Shown here: positions 8,122 through 17,934 of the stretch, piece after piece
Layout of the letters: each line of letters opens with the position of its first letter
Position numbering within the stretch: position 1 is the first letter of the stretch
Source of the DNA: a virus
Lineage: Duplodnaviria; Caudoviricetes
Virus record (IMG/VR): IMGVR_UViG_3300037808_000798
Location: 1-52,069 of that record
Strand: one strand, 5' to 3'
Length of the DNA stretch: 52,069 nt
Program-made: the position numbers and the translations under genes
Notes under the pieces: generated by a model
Database searches by the model: none
Seen by the model: the letters and a program-made list of their open reading frames with translations, nothing else
What the model was told of the DNA's origin: nothing

Positions 8122-9950
8122 CTTCGTCCACCTTTATCAAAATCTTTTGAGAACTTCTTTAATTTACCGAATGTTCTAAACTTTTTCATCTTATCTTGTT
8201 TAACCCACTTCATCTTATCAAATACTTTCATTCTCATATGTTGTTTTACCATATAGTAAATATCAACAGGATTACCACCCATAGTAATTAACCACTTTCT
8301 ATACTTCTTAACTAATTTTGCAGAAACGTGTTCGTGTCCATAATGTGTCCAAAATCCCTTCTTTGGGTGTAAGGCTGCTGTTTCATCCTTACCAATATCA
8401 TGGAATAGTGCTGCCAATCCAAAATCAATATCACCAGTTTTAAGTGCCCTATTCGTAACGGCAATCGTATGTTTTAACACATTCCCTTCAGGGTGTGCAT
8501 CTCTCCTCTGGTCGAAGTTTTTTAGATTATACACACGTTTCTTCAAGTCACTTGGTAACGCATTATAAATATCTTTAAACTTTTTTGGTTTTGGACGAAC
8601 TGCTATTTCTTTTATTTTTTTACCAGTATCAGTTTTTAGAAATGGACCTCTCCTTAATGTTGCGAATTTTACAGGTATTTCCATACCAAATAATTTCTTA
8701 GGTGATAAGATTCTCAATGTAATCATCTTAGTACGATTGTCAACTTTTAAAGTTTCAAATTCAATTTCTTTATATCTTCTACCTTTCATTTTTAGGTTGT
8801 GACCTGTAATAAATTTTTCAACTTTACTACCTTTTACGGCATTTGCTTCGTTTAAGAATTTCTCTTTTTCCATTGATTGTATTACTTTTCCTATTTCAGG
8901 TCCCCTTAAATCTTTAGGAACTTCATTTCCCTTTACTGATAATTTAAATTTAACCAATTTCTTAAAATCGTTTCCTATGTATTTACCCCATTTTATAATT
9001 TGATTATTGCTTAATGTTGTTCTTTCTTGAAACTTTTTAACTTTATAAATATTCTCTGGTTTAAAAGTCTGTAATATATTTAAAAATTGAATGTTTTCTG
9101 TTTCATTATTAGAATACTTCAAATTATTTAATTTTGTACCCAAGGAACTTACATCATTTTTTCGTAAAATCCAAGCTAAAAATAAAATATAATCGTTTTC
9201 ATTTACATATGGTTTATTCACCTTTAATCCTGGTAATATTTGTTCAGTAAATCCTAACTTATCACATAACTCCATATATTTCTTTGGTGATTTTGCTTTC
9301 ATGATTGATTTAAGAAACTCTTCTCTAATCCTTTCACCACTTACACCATTTAAACTTGGATTTTTCTTTAGTGCTGCATATGTATCAGAATGTATCGTTC
9401 CACCCAGTGCTGCATTAAAACGTAATGCTCGCAATTTTCTTAATGGATCCTCATCAAACCTCAATTCGGCCTGCCCTACCGTCTTTACTAACTTATTCTT
9501 TAAATCTTCTAACCCTCCTGTTAAATCTACAATTTCTTCTCTACCAATATCATAAAATAATGCATTGATAGTTAAATCTCTTCGTTTAACATCACCCTGT
9601 ATGTCTGAAAAATCTACCGAGTCTGGTCGTCTACCTTTTCCTATGTCTTTTCTAAATGTAGCAATCTCATGTCCACCCACAACCACAACACCAAATGATT
9701 TACCAACTTCTAAAGTTTTAAATCCACCCTTCTTTGCAATTGCCAATACCTCGTCTGGTTTTGCGTCGGTTGCCATGTCATAGTCTTTTGGACTTTTACC
9801 GAGAATTGCATCTCTTACTGCACCACCAACAATATAAAGTTGTTTCTTGTTCTTCTTGAACAACTTGTATATCTTTTTGATATCATTTGGAACTTTTAAA
9901 AATACTTTGTTCCTTTCATTTATTGGTAATAGTTCTGTAAGACTAATCAT
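8118..9950 (-). CDS. cca: CCA-adding enzyme (class II tRNA nucleotidyltransferase) fused to an unknown domain and a C-terminal HD domain
   Basis: VGGAVRD, KDYD, RRDLTINAL, EDPLRKLRALRF, ERIREE; HD region HPEGNVLKHT..LFHDIGK..GHE..HM. Confidence 0.9.
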   Translation of the reverse strand: MISLTELLPINERNKVFLKVPNDIKKIYKLFKKNKKQLYIVGGAVRDAILGKSPKDYDMATDAKPDEVLAIAKKGGFKTLEVGKSFGVVVVGGHEIATFRKDIGKGRRPDSVDFSDIQGDVKRRDLTINALFYDIGREEIVDLTGGLEDLKNKLVKTVGQAELRFDEDPLRKLRALRFNAALGGTIHSDTYAALKKNPSLNGVSGERIREEFLKSIMKAKSPKKYMELCDKLGFTEQILPGLKVNKPYVNENDYILFLAWILRKNDVSSLGTKLNNLKYSNNETENIQFLNILQTFKPENIYKVKKFQERTTLSNNQIIKWGKYIGNDFKKLVKFKLSVKGNEVPKDLRGPEIGKVIQSMEKEKFLNEANAVKGSKVEKFITGHNLKMKGRRYKEIEFETLKVDNRTKMITLRILSPKKLFGMEIPVKFATLRRGPFLKTDTGKKIKEIAVRPKPKKFKDIYNALPSDLKKRVYNLKNFDQRRDAHPEGNVLKHTIAVTNRALKTGDIDFGLAALFHDIGKDETAALHPKKGFWTHYGHEHVSAKLVKKYRKWLITMGGNPVDIYYMVKQHMRMKVFDKMKWVKQDKMKKFRTFGKLKKFSKDFDKGGRR

Positions 9951-10387
9951 CTACGCCTTTCTTTTCCTTTAAAATTGGATGGTTTTTTTCTTTTTTCAAT
10001 ATGTGTACCAATCATATCTTTTACATCACCCTTGTCATAATCAACTGAATAATCTTGACCACCATATTTATCCCAACTTGCTATAGTATCATAAAAATCT
10101 GTATATTTGAGTCCAGTATTAATAACTCTCTTTATCACTTGAACTCTCTGAATATTCTTGTCGTCACCCCGACCACTTGATGCATCATACGGATTATCCG
10201 CCTTTGGAAAATGAAGTTGAGTATATCTACCTTTCTCAAACCAAGGCTCAGGTTTATTACTATCCACTCCTAACTTTCGTTTCTTTCGTGGACTTGTCCA
10301 TCCTGTGTCTGGTTCACCGGCATCTGCTCCACCCGTAGAACCATTGTTGTGAGAATACTCATTTAATATGTCAAGTAATTTAATCAT
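9947..10387 (-). CDS. Hypothetical protein with MIKLLDILNE leader
   Basis: 146-aa ORF, ATGA overlaps at both ends; shared leader. Confidence 0.7.
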   Translation of the reverse strand: MIKLLDILNEYSHNNGSTGGADAGEPDTGWTSPRKKRKLGVDSNKPEPWFEKGRYTQLHFPKADNPYDASSGRGDDKNIQRVQVIKRVINTGLKYTDFYDTIASWDKYGGQDYSVDYDKGDVKDMIGTHIEKRKKPSNFKGKERRR

Positions 10388-11247
10388 TTTTTCTTATTAT
10401 CACCTGATTTAGTTTCTAATCCCATTTCCTCAGTAAAATCATTTGACTGTTCTATTACTTCTCCTATCGGTGCATCTACTACCTTCACATTCATTTCTAT
10501 ATCACCGTCACCACCATTTGCTATGTCTTGTGCTACTAAAGCCGCCCATCTATGATGACCATCTACGATATACATCTCACCAGTTTCAGGGTCTCGTGAT
10601 ACGATAATTGGTTCGTTTATTTTTCGAGTAAATTCGGAATCTGGATCACCATTCTGTAATTGATTTAAAAATAATGATACTTTTTTACCAACAAGTTGAT
10701 TTTGAGTTGCCTTTAAATCGGTTACTTTAACTCGTTCTACTGGTGCCTCTTTTCCTATCTTCTGTAAAAATAATTCTTCTGTATTAACTTCACCGTTTTC
10801 ATCTTTTTCTAAAATACCAGCCTTTACCATTTGGTCTGCCTTACCACCCGGTTTTGGTTTAGATTTTAATTGAGGCATTTCGTGTCTTGGTATTCCTTTA
10901 TTATCCCCACAAAATAAGTTTGATCCAGGAACACTCACTTTACATAAATCTACATCTCTATCATCGTGAACTAATTGTTGAACTCCTGCTATTATTGCTC
11001 TTTCTTTTGCTGCGTCTGTTCCTACTGCATCATCATCTGATTGTGGGCCCTTTGTAGTTCCACCCCTCTGACTTGGTGAATCTGGATGTGGTGGTCCATC
11101 TATTCCTGGTAACCCACCTTTTTTCTTAGGTTTTTTATCTTTCTTTTCTTTACCCTTTTCGCTACCAGCAGGTTCGCATCCAGTATCTTCTGGATTTTGT
11201 CCTATTCCACATTTCTTTTCGTCTATTAATTCTTTTAATTTAATCAT
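10384..11247 (-). CDS. ParB/Sulfiredoxin-like domain protein with leader and low-complexity N-terminus
   Basis: LKATQ...PIIVS...YIVDGHHRWAA; MIKLKELIDE leader. Confidence 0.8.
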   Translation of the reverse strand: MIKLKELIDEKKCGIGQNPEDTGCEPAGSEKGKEKKDKKPKKKGGLPGIDGPPHPDSPSQRGGTTKGPQSDDDAVGTDAAKERAIIAGVQQLVHDDRDVDLCKVSVPGSNLFCGDNKGIPRHEMPQLKSKPKPGGKADQMVKAGILEKDENGEVNTEELFLQKIGKEAPVERVKVTDLKATQNQLVGKKVSLFLNQLQNGDPDSEFTRKINEPIIVSRDPETGEMYIVDGHHRWAALVAQDIANGGDGDIEMNVKVVDAPIGEVIEQSNDFTEEMGLETKSGDNKKK

Positions 11248-12029
11248 TTTTTCAACATCTGTTTTAAATCTTTTTTAGGAACAAGTTTTTGCTGTTTTAC
11301 CCACTTTTTAGCTATTTTACTTTTAAGTGGTTTATTCAAAAATCCATTTAATCCTTTATTAATCAACATATTAAATTTTTTCTTCGCGGTGTCTGGATCT
11401 AAATGTTTATTATTATCCACGATTAAAAAGTTACTACCACCAAACAATCCTTGAAAGAAAGCTAAATTATTTTGAACTTCTTTCCAATATTTTTCTACTG
11501 TATCTTTTGGTAATCTTCGTGGCCGTGATTCGTTTCGTTCCTGTGCAACTTCTAATGAAGTCGTTACAAAAACCATATAAGTATCATACCCCATATCTAT
11601 TAATTTTTTTCTTTCTTTTTTTACTGAATTAAACTTATGACCAGTTCCATCAATAATAACACCCAAACGACCTTTTAAATATTGTCCCATTCTCTTTTGA
11701 CTTAAATATTTTGCACTACCCCGCAAACCACTATAATCTTCAAAATCAGGATCGGTAAGTTGTTTGAATAATTCAGGTGGATAGGACTGTATGTTAAGAT
11801 AATCTACTGATGAATCGTGTCCATAGAATTTCTTTAAAAGCATTTCTAACTCTTGGTCTTGATTGACCATTTTTAATCCAGTTTTAGATACATTGACTTT
11901 TTCGGGAATACCGAATAGTTGATGGGCTACATAAGACTTTCCACTACCAGGTCCACCAGCAAGAAATACTGCTTTGAATATTCCTGGGTCATTCACTCCC
12001 TCATTTAGCAAATCTATTAATTTAATCAT
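11244..12029 (-). CDS. Zeta-toxin/AAA_33-like P-loop kinase
   Basis: AVFLAGGPGSGKS Walker A, VIIDGTG, lid ERNESRPR; ATG 12029 with GGAG RBS gives MIKLIDLLNE leader. Confidence 0.85.
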   Translation of the reverse strand: MIKLIDLLNEGVNDPGIFKAVFLAGGPGSGKSYVAHQLFGIPEKVNVSKTGLKMVNQDQELEMLLKKFYGHDSSVDYLNIQSYPPELFKQLTDPDFEDYSGLRGSAKYLSQKRMGQYLKGRLGVIIDGTGHKFNSVKKERKKLIDMGYDTYMVFVTTSLEVAQERNESRPRRLPKDTVEKYWKEVQNNLAFFQGLFGGSNFLIVDNNKHLDPDTAKKKFNMLINKGLNGFLNKPLKSKIAKKWVKQQKLVPKKDLKQMLKK

Positions 12030-12062
12030 AGGCAAAGCTCCATTTTGGATATATTAATTCAC

Positions 12063-12072
12063 TAATAAATAT
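12063..12072 (-). promoter_or_regulatory. Candidate promoter motif ATATTTATTA heading the leader-peptide gene cluster
   Basis: In the 65-bp gap between the glycan island and the kinase gene; matches the recurring motif. Confidence 0.45.
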
Positions 12073-12094
12073 AAAAAAATGAAAATATTAGAAG

Positions 12095-12994
12095 TTATTT
12101 GAAAATAATTCCTCGTTGGATTTCTTCATATAACTCACGGATACCATCTTTAAGTGAAAATTTATATTGATAATTTAATTCCTTTTGTATCTTATCAAAA
12201 TTTACTCTATAATCCCTTGGATCATCAAATTTAACATATTCAAGTTTTCCTTCACCTAAATAATCTACTATCGTATTTACAATTTCTTTCTTTTGATAAT
12301 TTAAATCGTTAAAACCAGTATTATACACTCCATGTAAATCTTTCTCCATACATTGAATAATCATATTACAGGCATCTTGAACATGCAAATATGGTCGCCA
12401 AGTATCTTCACCATAAACTTTAAGTAATTTGTCTTTATAATACTGATATACAAACTCATTTATCGTTATGTCATATCTAACTCTATAACTCACTCCAAAT
12501 AATGTAGACATTCTCAATACTAAATGTTCATTTTCCAACACAACTTTTTCTGCCTTTATTTTGGAATCTGCATATAATCCAAGTGGTTCTAATGGTGAAT
12601 CTTCTGTAACTACTTTATCAGTTTTTCCATAATTACTACAAGTGCTTAAAAATAATAATGATATATCATAGTTATATGCACATTTACTAATCCATTCTGT
12701 GGCTCCTGTATTTACACCATATACCGAACTTTCATATTGTTTACAACTTGGTTCTCCTACTATTGCTGCCAAATGAATAACATAATCTGCGTCCTTTACA
12801 ACGGCCTCTATTAATTCAAGATTATTTATTGTATTTTTAATTAATTTACATTTTGGATTATCTAAAAATGGAATTACTCCTACTGAACCAAAAAATAAAT
12901 TATCATATACAATTACATCATGTCCTTGACTTAAAAGTGTTTCTGTTAATTTAGAACCAAGATAACCTGCTCCACCTGTTATTAATATTCTCAT
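12095..12994 (-). CDS. NAD-dependent epimerase/dehydratase (extended SDR)
   Basis: TGGAGYLG, HLAAIVG, STCSNYG, YADSK. Confidence 0.93.
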   Translation of the reverse strand: MRILITGGAGYLGSKLTETLLSQGHDVIVYDNLFFGSVGVIPFLDNPKCKLIKNTINNLELIEAVVKDADYVIHLAAIVGEPSCKQYESSVYGVNTGATEWISKCAYNYDISLLFLSTCSNYGKTDKVVTEDSPLEPLGLYADSKIKAEKVVLENEHLVLRMSTLFGVSYRVRYDITINEFVYQYYKDKLLKVYGEDTWRPYLHVQDACNMIIQCMEKDLHGVYNTGFNDLNYQKKEIVNTIVDYLGEGKLEYVKFDDPRDYRVNFDKIQKELNYQYKFSLKDGIRELYEEIQRGIIFK

Positions 12995-13524
12995 ATTTTA
13001 AATATTGATACTAATTTATTGTTAAATTCTTCTACATTAGTATCCATTGGAAGATCCTCGATAATAACTTCATTATTTTCTGATGCGTTCACATTTGATT
13101 TATGATATAAATTGGCCATGACGGTATCATAAACCAAATCAATACTAAGTTTAATTCCAATAGTCTCCTTTATACACTCATAAAATGATGTAATTGGGTA
13201 AGTTGCCTCAAAGCTATCTGGTGTAGCATTACCAAGTTGAATTACAGGAACTCCAATAGAACCTGCATAATGAGTTGATCCGGAATCCACTCCAATAAAC
13301 AACGAACATCCCGATATCACAGAAAGCAATATATTTAGTGGAGTTCCAATGCCCTCCTTTCTCAAATCATAACCACTTTTAGTAATTCTTCCAATACCAT
13401 CGGCAGGATTACTCCCAACAACTATGATATTACAATTAACAGAAGATTCGAGTTTCATAATTAAATTTGTCCAATCTTCTTCATCCCAAAAGGGTTTAAT
13501 GTGTTTAATTGTGTTACCTTTCAT
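12991..13524 (-). CDS. C-terminal half of a GT9 (heptosyltransferase-like) glycosyltransferase; possibly truncated
   Basis: FIGVDSGSTHYAGSIGVPVI matches the GT9 DSGxxH motif; only 177 aa, N-terminal domain missing. Confidence 0.7.
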   Translation of the reverse strand: MKGNTIKHIKPFWDEEDWTNLIMKLESSVNCNIIVVGSNPADGIGRITKSGYDLRKEGIGTPLNILLSVISGCSLFIGVDSGSTHYAGSIGVPVIQLGNATPDSFEATYPITSFYECIKETIGIKLSIDLVYDTVMANLYHKSNVNASENNEVIIEDLPMDTNVEEFNNKLVSIFKI

Positions 13525-14786
13525 TCCACCATTTCTTCGAATACACTTACAAGGTAATTCTCTAAGGTATTATGAAGATTCATCCAATGTTTTTGATTAT
13601 ACGCTACATTTTGATAGGATTCTTTTATTTTATTCATGAATTTATTTTCATCCATTTTGATAATAGTATGTACTTGGTTCATAACAAATCTTAATCTTTC
13701 AGTATGATTTTCTATATCATCATAACTCTCATCAAATAAATATGGAAAGGTTTTAAATCCAAAATCCTTAAACATCTGTAAAGATCCTGGAGATGCTGCT
13801 AAAATAAATGGATGCATCATAGATGCCCTAAAAGTTTTTTCTGTCAATCTTGTACAAGTAGAACTACTAAAAGTTGTCTCTGGAACTAAACTAAACCAAG
13901 TAGAATTATAATGATCATAATTTACCAAGTCATTAAAAACTTCCCTATCACCATCAAAGTTGTTTCCTAATTGTTTAGGTATTTCAGTTTCTATTAAATC
14001 TTTTCCATAGGATATTATTTCGCGATTATATACAAGTTTTGTATTTTCTAAATTAGAAATTAACTGTTCTTTTGATGTCATATCCCTATTATATGCCGAA
14101 TAAAGAAAATTATCTTGTATTTTTCTTCGTTTCATATCACCCAACATAACCAATCTATGATTATGTAATACTGCATTATAAAATAAACATTTAAAATCTC
14201 GTTTTATACCTTTTGTAAAATCAGGTAATTTATATAACCATTGTTTAAACTCATCTGCGGATTCGAAACCACCAGGATGAATAGTCTCCCACTTTTCAAT
14301 ATATGCCTTCGTGGTTTCTGCTCCCACTTGTAGTTTTACAAAATCTTCATTGGTCCGTGACATAATAAGTCCGTTATAAAAAAACTCCCAGCAAAATGGT
14401 ACAAAATTTAATTTCTTTTGTTTAAATTTATTATTACATAAAATTTTAATTCGTTTTATATTATAACCTAAATCCGATAATCTACCAAATACACTACTAC
14501 CATCATTAAATTCCACTTTTCTATCCACTATTACATATAACTTTTCATCATTATTGTATAATTTTGGATCTGGAAAGAGCTCTTTTATTATATCATCAGA
14601 ATAATTGTTATCATGTAAATCGTCATAAGGTACAAACCATAAATGATACTTATAATTTTTAATAGTAGTATTATTTATAAATCCATGATGTCCACCATTT
14701 CTTTCATGTACACTACACTTATATTTAGAAAACTTATCAGAAGTCAATACAAATTTTCCATTATTACCCCAATATCCAAAACTCAT
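13521..14786 (-). CDS. GT10-like putative glycosyltransferase, paralog 1
   Basis: LVPET..LTEKTFR..HPFI..GFKTF..FDESYD family motif. Confidence 0.6.
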   Translation of the reverse strand: MSFGYWGNNGKFVLTSDKFSKYKCSVHERNGGHHGFINNTTIKNYKYHLWFVPYDDLHDNNYSDDIIKELFPDPKLYNNDEKLYVIVDRKVEFNDGSSVFGRLSDLGYNIKRIKILCNNKFKQKKLNFVPFCWEFFYNGLIMSRTNEDFVKLQVGAETTKAYIEKWETIHPGGFESADEFKQWLYKLPDFTKGIKRDFKCLFYNAVLHNHRLVMLGDMKRRKIQDNFLYSAYNRDMTSKEQLISNLENTKLVYNREIISYGKDLIETEIPKQLGNNFDGDREVFNDLVNYDHYNSTWFSLVPETTFSSSTCTRLTEKTFRASMMHPFILAASPGSLQMFKDFGFKTFPYLFDESYDDIENHTERLRFVMNQVHTIIKMDENKFMNKIKESYQNVAYNQKHWMNLHNTLENYLVSVFEEMVE

Positions 14787-15664
14787 CCGTTTAAATACCT
14801 CATAAATATTTCACAATCATCTTGTATCAACTTATAAATTGATCTTGATAAACTACCCTGCATATAAAAAATTCTATCTCTATCTAAGTTGTATTTCTTT
14901 GCTATTTCTTCGTCCATCACCCATCTTCTTTCATCTCTATTCCCATCTCGTATGTCAGATTCAGGTTTAAATTGTGACTGACCGTGATGATAAAATAAAT
15001 TACCATAACACAAATATAGATAATCATTAATCTTCCATTTATTGGAAACATTCAGTAAATTAAATTTGTACTTGTTAAATATATGAACTAATTGAGTTCC
15101 CATTTCATCATTTATTTCACTACTACGCCAAGAAAATTTATTTTTATCCCACCATCCAACTGTAGTTATAAATAAACATGGTTTAGGTCCCAAATGTGGT
15201 ACTTTTGGCCCATAAAATCTATCGCCCATCGAAATAAAATCTACACTTTTTAATTTTTTTCTACAAATTACATCCCAATCATTTATAGGAAATGCATCGG
15301 AATCAATAAAAATCACTAAATCATCATCATTTGAATTTTTCTTAACAAAATTTAAAAACATATAATCAAGATATACTCCATGTGTCCATCCCTCATTTAG
15401 TGGTTTTTTGGGTCCACCAATCTTAATTTTATCCATAATATCACCATTGATAAAAAAATCAACTTGTTGTAATTTTAAAGGTATATTATCATCAGTATAT
15501 TTTATGGAATCATCTTCATCTAAAGTAGGTTGGGAGCCACTCTTAATGTGTTCACTATCATAAAACATATAAATTTTGAAATCTTCTTTTGTATATTTCG
15601 TGAAACTTTCGTACCAAGTGTCAAACCACCAATGTCCACGAGATGCAACAACTATATGTATCAT
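14783..15664 (-). CDS. Putative GT-A fold glycosyltransferase
   Basis: N-terminal beta strand, HG..LD, VIFIDSDAFP (DxD), FYHH; island context. Confidence 0.55.
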   Translation of the reverse strand: MIHIVVASRGHWWFDTWYESFTKYTKEDFKIYMFYDSEHIKSGSQPTLDEDDSIKYTDDNIPLKLQQVDFFINGDIMDKIKIGGPKKPLNEGWTHGVYLDYMFLNFVKKNSNDDDLVIFIDSDAFPINDWDVICRKKLKSVDFISMGDRFYGPKVPHLGPKPCLFITTVGWWDKNKFSWRSSEINDEMGTQLVHIFNKYKFNLLNVSNKWKINDYLYLCYGNLFYHHGQSQFKPESDIRDGNRDERRWVMDEEIAKKYNLDRDRIFYMQGSLSRSIYKLIQDDCEIFMRYLNG

Positions 15665-16971
15665 TTTATCTCCAAATTTTTAATTAAATTTTCTTTTTGT
15701 TTTGGTATAAAATTCTCATAAAAATGATAATAATTATATTTTAATACATCTTCAATCGACCAATACCATTCTTGAATTTCTTCTATTGATTTATTACACA
15801 ATTTATTAATTTCTGTTTCTATCATACTAAATCGTTTTTTCACATCTAAAATATCATCATATCTCTCATCGATAAATGGTGAAAATGTTTTAAATCCATA
15901 TTCTCTTAATTTTTTTAAAGCCCCAGCGTTATCCAAATAAATAAATGGTTGAAAATTAGTAATTGGTTTCCATATCTTTTCACTAAAAATTAATTGATCA
16001 TCTAAGTCTGTGAAATCATTACCCGTAACAACTTGAAAATAACTATCTAAATAATATTTTATATCAAATTTTTCATATGAATATTTTGCATCACTCAAAT
16101 CTTTTCTATCAATAACCAATGGCATTTTTTTCTCCAATGATTTTCTTTCAGATTCCGTAACCATATTTTTCCAATCCCAATCTGAAATTTTAGGAGCAAA
16201 AGAAACATATCCTTTGTCTAATAAGTTATTCTTATCTAAACTCATTACCAACTCAACTCTATGTTTTTTTGGTAATCTATTAAATGAAATATAATATTTA
16301 CTTCTCAATTTCTTCTTAGTATCTAACCACTTTTTCATGTTTTTCGATGACATTACATCACCATAATACATCATAGATGACCATTGTTTTGTAAATCTCC
16401 ACCAATCTATTGCACAATATTCATATTGAACAATATTGATATCTGTATCCATTGGTGATTTATCTAATCCATGATTACTATCCATATAAATAAAATCTTT
16501 GTGTGCAATTTTATATTTGTCTAACAAAAAATGTACTCTTTCAAGTAAAGGTTTATGTAATATAGTATCTCGGTGGTGTGATCCTAATCCCTCATATCCA
16601 TAGTTAAGTACAATTTTACACTTACCGTTCTGTGCATCTTTTATTACTTTACTTGAAATAGAATCAAAAACACTCACATCTTCAAATGTATCTGGCCATT
16701 TATTATAACCAAGTGACCAAGCAAAAGAATTTACATCAATGTGATATATATAATTAGATTTAATTTTATCAATAGGTAAAGTATCTACTTCTAAAAATTC
16801 CCATTCTCTTTTTGATTTTTTTAAATATTCAAGATTAACGTTCTGAAACATTCCTAAAAACACATTACCGGCATTACAAATTTTTCTCCCCTGAAATATA
16901 TAATCTTCACAATTAGGTAGTGGATCACCATTTTCTTTAAACCTATCAAAACCAAAAATTAGTTTACTCAT
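15661..16971 (-). CDS. GT10-like putative glycosyltransferase, paralog 2
   Basis: SFNR..HR, FSEKIWKPI..QPFI..GFKTF..DERYD; likely start ATG 16971. Confidence 0.6.
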   Translation of the reverse strand: MSKLIFGFDRFKENGDPLPNCEDYIFQGRKICNAGNVFLGMFQNVNLEYLKKSKREWEFLEVDTLPIDKIKSNYIYHIDVNSFAWSLGYNKWPDTFEDVSVFDSISSKVIKDAQNGKCKIVLNYGYEGLGSHHRDTILHKPLLERVHFLLDKYKIAHKDFIYMDSNHGLDKSPMDTDINIVQYEYCAIDWWRFTKQWSSMMYYGDVMSSKNMKKWLDTKKKLRSKYYISFNRLPKKHRVELVMSLDKNNLLDKGYVSFAPKISDWDWKNMVTESERKSLEKKMPLVIDRKDLSDAKYSYEKFDIKYYLDSYFQVVTGNDFTDLDDQLIFSEKIWKPITNFQPFIYLDNAGALKKLREYGFKTFSPFIDERYDDILDVKKRFSMIETEINKLCNKSIEEIQEWYWSIEDVLKYNYYHFYENFIPKQKENLIKNLEIK

Positions 16972-17911
16972 TGTTTTTGTACCACTCAATTGTTTCTATT
17001 AATCCCTCCTCGAAAGTATATTTAGGCTTAAATCCAAGTTCTTTTTGTATTCTTTCTGTGCTACACGACCTAAATGGAATAGTAGTGGGTTTTGTATTAT
17101 CCCACTCAACTTTAGGATTTTTACCAGCAACTTTCAATACAGTATTTACAATTTCCCCTATGGTAATTGTTGTACCATAACCAAGATTGTATGGTCTCAT
17201 AGATTCTCCTTTTTCTAATACCAATAATACACCTTTTGCAACATCTTTAACATATAAAAAATCTCGAACTACATCAGGACTTCCCCAAACCACAAATGGA
17301 TTCTCATCCTTTAAAACTCTATTAATAAGTGCCGGAACAACATGACAAGTTTTAATATTAAAATTATCATGTGGACCAAATATTGCAGTCCCACGACATA
17401 TTAAGATTTTCATTTCGGAAAGGTGTGAACAATGTTCAAATACCTTTTCTCTATATCGTCTTGACCATCCGTATCCATAATATGAAATATATGGCTCATC
17501 GTCCCAATACTCATCTTCAGTAATTGGATATTTTCTATCAGGATATCCCGTAGAACTATTGATATCAACAAATCTTTTTATATTAGACTTGTATGAGGCC
17601 TCTAATAAATTTGTAGTACATACTATCTGATTCATTGCCACTTGAAAGTCTGTCGGAACATCACTTGGATGTGCTATTTTTCCTGCACAATGTATAACAT
17701 AATCAGCACCTTCAACAAGTTTCATACAATCATCAAACTTCTCCAAATTAATATTTTCTAATACCTCTATCCTATCATCAACGACATTCAAAGGTCTATT
17801 ATGGGTATGTGTTTTAACTTCGGCACCAAATTTTAATAATTTTCTAATAACCTGATACCCTATCATTCCACTTCCACCACTTACAACTACTTTTTTATTT
17901 TTATAAAACAT
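16964..17911 (-). CDS. GDP-L-fucose-synthase-like epimerase/reductase
   Basis: SGGSGMIG, FGPHDNF..HVVPALI, VWG..RDFLYV; atypical YGWSR in place of YxxxK. Confidence 0.85.
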   Translation of the reverse strand: MFYKNKKVVVSGGSGMIGYQVIRKLLKFGAEVKTHTHNRPLNVVDDRIEVLENINLEKFDDCMKLVEGADYVIHCAGKIAHPSDVPTDFQVAMNQIVCTTNLLEASYKSNIKRFVDINSSTGYPDRKYPITEDEYWDDEPYISYYGYGWSRRYREKVFEHCSHLSEMKILICRGTAIFGPHDNFNIKTCHVVPALINRVLKDENPFVVWGSPDVVRDFLYVKDVAKGVLLVLEKGESMRPYNLGYGTTITIGEIVNTVLKVAGKNPKVEWDNTKPTTIPFRSCSTERIQKELGFKPKYTFEEGLIETIEWYKNNE

Positions 17912-17934
17912 TATTAATCTCCCAATCCTTAAAA

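Noticed and set aside
10384-11247. ParABS partition system
   Set aside because: No ParA, no HTH domain and no parS-like repeats were seen.
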